Shown here: positions 1 to 6,817 of the stretch, piece by piece
Layout: every line of letters begins with the position of its first letter
Position numbering within the stretch: position 1 is the stretch's first letter
Assembly: GCA_016124905.1 (NCBI GenBank)
Contig: WGMV01000008.1
Coordinates: forward strand, 110,521 to 174,520
Direction: 5' to 3'
DNA length: 64,000 nt
DNA from: a bacterium
GTDB taxonomy: Bacteria > Pseudomonadota > Alphaproteobacteria > Rickettsiales > RI-342
Position numbers and translations under genes: made by a program
The notes under the pieces: model-generated
Told to the model about the DNA's origin: nothing
Databases searched by the model: none
Seen by the model: only the letters and a program-made list of their open reading frames with translations

Positions 1-1427
1 ACGATGGAACGGTCAGGCGCACGGGCGCTCGGCACTTCCAGCACCTGATGGGCAAACGCATGGCCCGCATGGATGTTATGGAAGCGCCGCGCCTCGTGCT
101 TCTGGCTGTGCGGGCCATTGAGGCCCTTGGCCAGCTGGAACAGGTCCATCGCCTGATATCCGCCCGCGAATGCATCGCCCGCGCCAACGGTATACATGGG
201 CTGGTTGTCGGGGAAGGGCTCCAGCCCTTCATAGGCATGCGCGCCGCGGCTGTCGACGATCACCGGCGGCTTGCCGCCATCGGTCACGACAAAATTCACT
301 TCATGTTTGCTATGCGTGCAAAGATGCGACGATGCATAGGCGAATGCGCGCCGGTTGGCATCCTCCTTGGCGGTCATGTAATCCGGTGTAGCGCGCTTCG
401 CCTTGTCCAGCGCCTTGCCCTGCAACGGTTGTTGCTGGTCATCGAACCATAAAAGGTCGAACGGTACCCGCCAGACGGAATCGAATGTGTGCTGCTCGTC
501 CAGCCCAAGTTCTTCAACCAGGCCGCCATCAATCCCCCGGCCGATAAGGCGGCGGAACTCACCCGTGTTGGCATGCACCGTCACATTCGTCAGCTGCGAC
601 AGGCGCAGGAACGCATCCTGCAGCACCGGGTTTTCCGCCGCCTCATGCGAGGCCAGCGTCATCACCACATCCGGCCGTTTATCCTGTGGCAGGGTATGGA
701 TGAAATCGATGATGGTCTGCATCACATCCGCATAGCGCTCACCCAGCAGATGCAGATAGCCGCCCACCATCAGACGGTTGATATGCCCAAACGCGCGACG
801 CTGGCATTGCTCCAGCGAGCTGCGCACGAATTCCGGCGTTAGCGCGTTCATGGAGTTTTCCTGCGCGTTGCGCGGGCAGGCGACAATCAGCCGGTTATCC
901 GGCCCCATCGGCAGGATATGCGCTTCCATCTGGCGGCCATGCGCGGCGGCGATGATATGGCTGCGCCCCGTCTCGCGCACATAATGCTGCCCGGCTGCGT
1001 CATCCCCCACCGCGGTAATGAACACGCCATCCGCAACGGGCTGGTTATCCACGCGCGAGGCAAAAATGGCCGCCATGCTGTTGGCCAGTGCCCCGCCTGG
1101 GGCAGAGGTGGGATGGCCAAACAGATGCTCCAGCACGCCGAGTCCGGTCGCCTCAATCGCATCGGGCGTGGGGTTGTCCAGCGGGGCGATCAGTCCGTTT
1201 TCCAAGCCAAACTGGTACAATGCGCGGTGAAAATCATCCGCCAGCACGGTGATATTATCCCCCGGGCCGATGCTGCGGGGCAGGGGTATGGCAGGGGTGG
1301 GCAGCAGCCGGTGCAAAGAGCCGACAAACAGTTCCGCCAGCTCATCCTGCCCGCCGGGGTAAAGCTTGTCCGTCACGGCGGATTCGATGCCCACGATATA
1401 CGGCTGGTAAAACGGCCCATGCGCCAT
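1..1427 (-). CDS. PfkB-family sugar/nucleoside kinase; 3' end runs off the left edge
   Basis: My own translation of the minus strand from ATG at 1427 (MAHGPFYQPYIVGIES...) appears open to position 1. The same frame carries the PfkB signature PMYTVGAGDAFAGGYQAM, encoded around 156-197. It is absent from the ORF track, apparently because no stop lies inside the window. The + ORFs 48-452, 489-842 and 918-1454 are its antisense shadows. Confidence 0.75.
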   Translation of the reverse strand, partial: MAHGPFYQPYIVGIESAVTDKLYPGGQDELAELFVGSLHRLLPTPAIPLPRSIGPGDNITVLADDFHRALYQFGLENGLIAPLDNPTPDAIEATGLGVLEHLFGHPTSAPGGALANSMAAIFASRVDNQPVADGVFITAVGDDAAGQHYVRETGRSHIIAAAHGRQMEAHILPMGPDNRLIVACPRNAQENSMNALTPEFVRSSLEQCQRRAFGHINRLMVGGYLHLLGERYADVMQTIIDFIHTLPQDKRPDVVMTLASHEAAENPVLQDAFLRLSQLTNVTVHANTGEFRRLIGRGIDGGLVEELGLDEQHTFDSVWRVPFDLLWFDDQQQPLQGKALDKAKRATPDYMTAKEDANRRAFAYASSHLCTHSKHEVNFVVTDGGKPPVIVDSRGAHAYEGLEPFPDNQPMYTVGAGDAFAGGYQAMDLFQLAKGLNGPHSQKHEARRFHNIHAGHAFAHQVLEVPSARAPDRSI

Positions 1428-1506
1428 GTTCAACACTCCCATCATCATTTTTAGTTTTTAGACCGGAATGATTATCCGATATGGGAAACCTTGTTAAGCA
1501 TAAAGC

Positions 1507-1953
1507 TTAACGCCTTGCCTGAAAAAAATCCCTCAGCAGCTGACGGCATTCGGCCTCCATGATGCCGCCGATCACCTCTGGCGCGTGGTGGCAAGTGGGC
1601 TGGCTGAAGATGCGCGGCCCGTGCTCCACCCCGCCGCCCTTGGGGTCATAGGCCCCGAACACCAGTTTTTTGATGCGGGCAAAGCTGATGGCCGCCGCGC
1701 ACATGGGGCAGGGCTCCAGTGTCACGTAAAGCTCGCATTCCGGCAGCCTTACCTCGCCCAGAATCTCCGCCCCGGCGCGAATGGCCAGCATTTCGGCATG
1801 CGCGGTCACATCTTTGCGCCGCTCCACCTCATTGCCGAACGCCGCCAGCACCTTGCCCTGGTGTGCCAGCACCGCGCCAACCGGCACTTCAGCTGAGCTT
1901 GAGGCCTTTTGGGCTTCCGCAAGCGCATCGCGCATGAAAGGGGGGATAACCAT
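1507..1953 (-). CDS. tadA: tRNA adenosine(34) deaminase
   Basis: Zinc-deaminase motifs HAEMLAI and LEPCPMCAAAI are present, and the size fits TadA. The track ORF (1507-2052) begins with 33 hydrophobic residues that overlap the divergent promoter, so I moved the start to ATG 1953 (alternative 1935). Confidence 0.9.
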   Translation of the reverse strand: MVIPPFMRDALAEAQKASSSAEVPVGAVLAHQGKVLAAFGNEVERRKDVTAHAEMLAIRAGAEILGEVRLPECELYVTLEPCPMCAAAISFARIKKLVFGAYDPKGGGVEHGPRIFSQPTCHHAPEVIGGIMEAECRQLLRDFFQARR

Positions 1954-1969
1954 CAGAAAACAGGCCAAA

Positions 1970-1986
1970 TTAGTTAAAAATTTAAC
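1970..1986 (+). promoter_or_regulatory. AT-only 17-mer TTAGTTAAAAATTTAAC upstream of the 1065-aa gene
   Basis: Read directly. It contains the palindrome GTTAAA-AA-TTTAAC and lies 34 nt before ATG 2021, in the 67-bp tadA divergent region. A near-identical site occurs at 41672-41688. Confidence 0.5.
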
Positions 1987-2020
1987 ATATTGCGCTACCA
2001 TCACGCGTGAAAGGTATAAA

Positions 2021-5000
2021 ATGCATAAGCCGAAGATACCACTGCAAAGCACGCAGGAACTGCTATCGGCGGTTCATCACCTCCATGCCCCCGGCATGGA
2101 TAGCGCCATGATGCGGGGTTGTCTGAAATACGCAGGCGGCATGGGCGGCTATGACTTCAGGCTGCATTCCATCACCGAGCTGGAATCCACCGTTTCCAGC
2201 CTGCCGGCGGAAATGCGGGATTCCAACTATTACCAGATGGCGGAAATCCTGCCCGCCGTGATGCAGCGCCTGAGCGGAACCGAGTTTGCCGCCACCTTGG
2301 ACCGTATGTTCAACAGCTTTGTAAACGGCACCAACAAAAGCTGGCCCGGAAAGGTGGCCACCAACTTTGCGCTGCAGGCCGCCAAACCCTTCCTGTTGCC
2401 CGATGCCCGCGGCGAAATTAATAAAATCAAAGCCGCCGGCGGCAAGTTTGATTATTTCAACGGGCTGATTGCCGGTGTGCTGATGAGCCACCCGATCAGT
2501 GAACAGAAGGATTTTCGCGGTATTTATTATGCCGGGCAAACCATCGGGGTCACGTCCGTAAACACTCCCCGGTCCGTGGAGGAGTTGAGCGAACAACTCA
2601 CGGCGCAGGGATGGTGCCTGGAGGTAAACGAGCCGGACAAGCAGCTTGGCAAACGTATTGTCCGGGAAGACGGCATCACCCTCATGCTCATGGAGTTGCA
2701 AACCGCGGAAGGCCCCGTGAAATGCCCGGTTCAGATTTCGGATGCGGTCATTAACGCAAATCGGTTACCGCCGGAGTGGCGCAAACACTATCCGGAAGGG
2801 CTTCCAGCAAACACGCCCTACATCGTCGAGCATGCGGCGCAACCGGCTTCGGAGGGAAGGGGTTGGGGCCTGGGAAGGCTCCGTCAGATGGCCGACCAGA
2901 TACTTCACCGCGACGAGATCATCTGCCCTGTCTTCATTGTGGAAAACGAAGCCGGCATGCTGGTGCCGAGGCCGCGCGCATTCGAGCATCACCTGAATAG
3001 CTTTGGCAGCATGTATCAGGACCCGCAGGGCATGCCGGTTATGGCCAACGCCTGGGTAAGTGTGGAGGACCAGGCAGGAGTAGGCGGGAAATTACGAAGC
3101 GACATGCAATCCATGCCAACTGCCATGCCCGCGCTTTTTGGCATGAAGAAGGACGGCGCTCCTGTCGTGGTGCGGCCTTATGTGATGATGGGCGGCAAGC
3201 ATGATATTGCCGGCAATCTTCATTTCTGTAGTCAGACGGGTCAAAAAGCGGCGCGCACCAGGGAGGTCGAACATTTCCGCCAGGAACATCGCAGTAGCAT
3301 TCGTGAGGAACTGCCCGGTCATTTCAGGATGGCGCGGGATACAAACCCCGACCATGATGTCTACGTCCCAAAACAGCTGCACGATGCATCGCGATATTCC
3401 AACGACGCGCGCAAACTGGCGCTGGAAATGCTCGAGGCCATCAAGGAGGATGTACGGGTATTCGGCCGCAGCCGTGTCGGCCTCATCATCCGGCCCGACG
3501 CGCCGGAGCAGCTCAGGCGTTTTTGCGGTGGCCACAGCGAAGCCCTCAACACCTACAGTCAGGCCTATACGCTGCTGCTGCACAATCTGAAGCATTTTGA
3601 TAACCCCAGCATACTTCCAGCTGACCACCCTGACCGGTTGATCCCGGCTGACATTCAGTATCTGGTGCATTTCGACCAGTCTACGCAGCAATACCGTCCG
3701 GTGGAAACGCCTGTTAAGGTGCGCGGCAGCCATATGGATGTGAAAGACCTTATCAATGCACTGATGGGCCGGGCCGATTATGGAACCGGTCAGCCATACG
3801 ATGAGGAAAATTATAGAGGGCCAGTGCTGTTTGTGGCTGCGGGCGTGGGTGAATTGCCCCCGCCCGATGGCCCCATGACCATTCTCACTTACTGTTGGAA
3901 TGATAACATTCAGGGCAGCACCATGAACCTGAAGGAGATGCTTGCCGAATGCGCGAAGCGCCGCCCGCAGAATGTTATTCCCATCGAGGTAAGCCCCTCG
4001 CTTTCGGATGATTATCGCCACACGCTCTCCGGCGTGATGGAAACCTTGAAGGAAAAGATGCGCGCCCTTGATGCCAGACAGGAGAATGGCGAAAAGCTTG
4101 GTGCGGAGGATAAAAAGATCGTCCGCGCCATGCACCTGGTCGGCGGTGCGCTGGGGCATATGCAGCAGCGTGCCGCCACGCCGGGGCTGGAAGAATTCAA
4201 CGAGCGCTGCGCGGCCCACCCCGTATTTCGCGAACGCGCCATGCAGCTGGATGCCATTGCGGTTTGCAAGGCGCATGCCAGCGCCGCATGGACAGCCAAC
4301 CAGCTATGCAGAACAGCCCTGCATAATTCCGTTGAAAGCACCCACCGTCTTTCCACCGCCATGGCCCATATCCAGGACGATGGCGCGATCTTCAACCTGA
4401 TGGCCGATCCGGCCATTCAGAATATCCTTAACAGGGTCAACAAAACCCCCGATATGTATGCGCAGCTTCGCAGCCGCGTAATAAGCGTATTGCGCGATTT
4501 TTATGGCGATGACGCCGTGCAGGACAAACCGGCCCCTCGCGGCATGAACCTGACGGCGGACAGGATCGTGCGCTACCAGCAGGGCCTTCTGGTGGAAATT
4601 TACCAGAGCGATCTGAACAACATTGTCGGGCTTCTTTCCTCGCCCGCGCCCGTGTATGAACTGATCAACAACCTGGCCACCATGGCCATCCTGCGGCACA
4701 CGGCCCGTTCTACGGAAGAGCCTTTCGTCCTCGTGGGCGACGACGAACTGATGGCCGAACTCGGCAAGATCATGCTCGATCCGCAGCAGGTCATGCAGCA
4801 GGCGGGCATATGGACAAAGCAGCAATTGGAAGCCTATCGACAGCCGCAGACGGCCGAGCCGGAAATTCAGCCCCCCGCCGAAGTCAGTATTGTGAACGTG
4901 CAAGTCCTGGGGATTGACCGATCAGAGGTCACCAGGCTGGCAAACATACTGGCAAAAGAGGCCGGCAATGCTGACGGCATAAACTGGGAGGCGGTGAATC

Positions 5001-5218
5001 AATGGGTACAGGCATTCATCCACTATTCCATGGATGCCGCCACCCCGTCGGATGTCAGGGCCGAAGCGGCGAATGCCGTATTCAGCCATATCCAGGCCAA
5101 TATGGAGGAGGCCGTGGCGAATAGGGAACAGGGGCAGGCCCCCCAGGACGTGATCGGCGCCATCAAGGAACTGGTGAACGACGCCTTGAACGCAGGTCAG
5201 CAGGCCATTTCAGGATGA
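2021..5218 (+). CDS. large orphan protein (1065 aa), function unknown
   Basis: This is the long + ORF 1781-5218. Its first 80 codons are antisense to tadA, so the start is placed at ATG 2021 with a GAAAGG SD 8 nt upstream. Amino-acid composition is balanced and not shadow-like. I recognise no Walker A, HExxH, GxSxG, signal peptide or TM segment. Confidence 0.85.
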   Translation: MHKPKIPLQSTQELLSAVHHLHAPGMDSAMMRGCLKYAGGMGGYDFRLHSITELESTVSSLPAEMRDSNYYQMAEILPAVMQRLSGTEFAATLDRMFNSFVNGTNKSWPGKVATNFALQAAKPFLLPDARGEINKIKAAGGKFDYFNGLIAGVLMSHPISEQKDFRGIYYAGQTIGVTSVNTPRSVEELSEQLTAQGWCLEVNEPDKQLGKRIVREDGITLMLMELQTAEGPVKCPVQISDAVINANRLPPEWRKHYPEGLPANTPYIVEHAAQPASEGRGWGLGRLRQMADQILHRDEIICPVFIVENEAGMLVPRPRAFEHHLNSFGSMYQDPQGMPVMANAWVSVEDQAGVGGKLRSDMQSMPTAMPALFGMKKDGAPVVVRPYVMMGGKHDIAGNLHFCSQTGQKAARTREVEHFRQEHRSSIREELPGHFRMARDTNPDHDVYVPKQLHDASRYSNDARKLALEMLEAIKEDVRVFGRSRVGLIIRPDAPEQLRRFCGGHSEALNTYSQAYTLLLHNLKHFDNPSILPADHPDRLIPADIQYLVHFDQSTQQYRPVETPVKVRGSHMDVKDLINALMGRADYGTGQPYDEENYRGPVLFVAAGVGELPPPDGPMTILTYCWNDNIQGSTMNLKEMLAECAKRRPQNVIPIEVSPSLSDDYRHTLSGVMETLKEKMRALDARQENGEKLGAEDKKIVRAMHLVGGALGHMQQRAATPGLEEFNERCAAHPVFRERAMQLDAIAVCKAHASAAWTANQLCRTALHNSVESTHRLSTAMAHIQDDGAIFNLMADPAIQNILNRVNKTPDMYAQLRSRVISVLRDFYGDDAVQDKPAPRGMNLTADRIVRYQQGLLVEIYQSDLNNIVGLLSSPAPVYELINNLATMAILRHTARSTEEPFVLVGDDELMAELGKIMLDPQQVMQQAGIWTKQQLEAYRQPQTAEPEIQPPAEVSIVNVQVLGIDRSEVTRLANILAKEAGNADGINWEAVNQWVQAFIHYSMDAATPSDVRAEAANAVFSHIQANMEEAVANREQGQAPQDVIGAIKELVNDALNAGQQAISG

Positions 5219-5225
5219 GGCGAAC

Positions 5226-5504
5226 ATGAGCGGGTTAACGGCACTGCAAAAACAATTCTCCAAGCACGTCTATGTGCTGGTGGAATGTGCCGAACGCCGC
5301 CAAACGGCGCAAACGGGCTATATCTTCCTCGCCACCACCCTGGCCGAATTACGCAAAATGAACGACACGATCCGCAAAAAACGCACCGTCGATTATGCAC
5401 GGCACGGCCACATCGTCGCCAGGGGGGAGGGCAGCCCACCTCCTGAGCTGCGTGAATCGCTGGAAGACTATGTCCGACGGCTCAATGCCACAATCCAGCA
5501 CTGA
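5226..5504 (+). CDS. small partner protein (92 aa), homologous to 42841-43113 and to the C-terminal part of 14676-15266
   Basis: It starts 7 nt after the stop of the 1065-aa gene, with a GAGG SD. It aligns over its full length with the 90-aa product of 42841-43113 (HGHIVARGEGSPPPELRESLEDY vs YGVILEKGFGGRPPEEIIHKMTQEY). Confidence 0.7.
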   Translation: MSGLTALQKQFSKHVYVLVECAERRQTAQTGYIFLATTLAELRKMNDTIRKKRTVDYARHGHIVARGEGSPPPELRESLEDYVRRLNATIQH

Positions 5505-5525
5505 TTGAGCCTATCTTCGCCGTGA

Positions 5526-5558
5526 TTTCATCAAATTATCACACACCGGCATTAAAAC
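5526..5558 (+). promoter_or_regulatory. conserved block TTTCATCAAATTATCACA-N9-TAAAAC (promoter-like)
   Basis: The 18-mer is identical to 6199-6216, and the TAWAAC hexamer sits at the same offset (+27). TTCATC-N18-(nn)TANAWC roughly fits the alphaproteobacterial sigma-70-type consensus TTGACS-N16-18-GCTANAWC. Confidence 0.5.
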
Positions 5559-5582
5559 CCCTCACTGAAAAACGAGGGTTCC

Positions 5583-6194
5583 ATGCAGGAAGACGATCAG
5601 AAACAAACAGCCATCGGCGTGCTGGCCAGGGCGTTCGGCCTGCCGGAAAGCCGTGTTCGCTTCGATGAAGAGATGCGCTGCCTGGAGCTGCTATACCCAT
5701 TACCCGCCGGATCGGCGGATATTTCCAGAATGGGCAGGCTCATTCAGTACGACATCTGGTCCATCTACGATGCCTTTCTGCAAAAGCCGCTGGCCCGCCA
5801 CGGTTTCAGGGAAGCTTTTCCCACCCGGCTTGATTCCGCCTACCGCGAGCCGCGCGCCTTTCGCGAATATGATTCCCTCACCCGCTATCCCAATGAGCCC
5901 GGCTATCAGGAAAGGCCATGCCCCAGCCTGGTGATGAAATGGCGCATGCCCGCGGGCAGGCTGGAAAAGATGATCGACGCCCTGTGCAGGATAAGCCTGG
6001 ATGAAAAGCTGTTGGGCTCCATCACCCGGGCCAATTTTTCCCCCGAAGTGAGCTACGACGGCAGCGGGCGGCGTCTGTTAACGGATGCCCCCCTGCCGGA
6101 AGGCATCTCAACCGAGCAATATGCCAGCTTTGTGGATTTCATGGCCAATATGGATTTTACAGCGCTGGATGAATCCGGCCCCACACCGTACTGA
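5583..6194 (+). CDS. orphan protein (203 aa)
   Basis: ATG with a GAGGG SD. It is preceded by the conserved 18-bp block at 5526-5543. No recognisable domain. Confidence 0.7.
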   Translation: MQEDDQKQTAIGVLARAFGLPESRVRFDEEMRCLELLYPLPAGSADISRMGRLIQYDIWSIYDAFLQKPLARHGFREAFPTRLDSAYREPRAFREYDSLTRYPNEPGYQERPCPSLVMKWRMPAGRLEKMIDALCRISLDEKLLGSITRANFSPEVSYDGSGRRLLTDAPLPEGISTEQYASFVDFMANMDFTALDESGPTPY

Positions 6195-6198
6195 TCTG

Positions 6199-6231
6199 TT
6201 TCATCAAATTATCACAGAGGGTAAGTATAAC
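6199..6231 (+). promoter_or_regulatory. conserved block TTTCATCAAATTATCACA-N9-TATAAC (promoter-like)
   Basis: This is the second copy of the block. It starts 5 nt after the stop of 5583-6194 and 45-62 nt before ATG 6261. Confidence 0.5.
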
Positions 6232-6260
6232 CCTCCCCAGTCAGAAGATTGGACAGAACC

Positions 6261-6803
6261 ATGACACGCATCGCACACGATGAGCAGGCTGCACGCACTC
6301 TCCTCGCCAGCATTTACGATATCGCCTGCGAACAGGTGACGGTGGACTGGGCCAATCATTCCATCGATCTGTCCTATCCCTATTGCAAAACGCCGAACCT
6401 GACGCGTGACGGCAATCGCTGGGTCGCCACCCTGCAGGATGATCCTTCCCAGGTGGTTAATCGCATGTACAATCTCTACACCCATACGGTGAAGGATGAG
6501 ATGGAGGAGCAGGGCTTCTATTTCGAGGGCAGGCAACGGGTCACCCTGGTGGTGAGCGAGCCGAACGGGCTGGTATGGAACAAGCTGGTAAGGGAACATC
6601 CGGGCAGCAACGCCATCATGACCTACCGCTGGAAGTTCGCCGAAGCGCTGGAGCCCTTCATCCGTGGACTGGCGGCTATCCAGTGTGATCCGCTGCTTCA
6701 ATCCATTGCCATGCAGAACAAACAGGCAACCGACTGCAGAATTTTTATCGATACGCTGCACATACCGGGCGCGGGCATAACTTCTTCAGCGCTCAGCAAT
6801 TAA
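6261..6803 (+). CDS. orphan protein (180 aa from ATG 6261; the track ORF starts at TTG 6249)
   Basis: It is preceded by the same 18-bp block (6199-6216). The N-terminal region resembles that of 5583-6194 (QVTVDWANHSIDLSYP vs RVRFDEEMRCLELLYP). Confidence 0.65.
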   Translation: MTRIAHDEQAARTLLASIYDIACEQVTVDWANHSIDLSYPYCKTPNLTRDGNRWVATLQDDPSQVVNRMYNLYTHTVKDEMEEQGFYFEGRQRVTLVVSEPNGLVWNKLVREHPGSNAIMTYRWKFAEALEPFIRGLAAIQCDPLLQSIAMQNKQATDCRIFIDTLHIPGAGITSSALSN

Positions 6804-6817
6804 ACGGGCATGGCTGA

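Noticed and set aside
48-1454. Plus-strand ORFs 48-452, 489-842 and 918-1454 listed in the track
   Set aside because: The minus strand carries a continuous PfkB-kinase reading frame (GAGDAFAGGY signature) from 1427 to the window edge. The plus ORFs are fragmented, overlapping and shadow-like.
5226-5504. GIY-YIG nuclease-like beta-hairpin spacing (VYVLV...13 aa...GYIFLA...R) in the small partner proteins
   Set aside because: The hallmark Gly of YIG and the catalytic Arg/Glu/Asn positions are not conserved across the three family members (WYFVAV, FAYVNV). The resemblance is probably only a generic beta-beta-alpha pattern.
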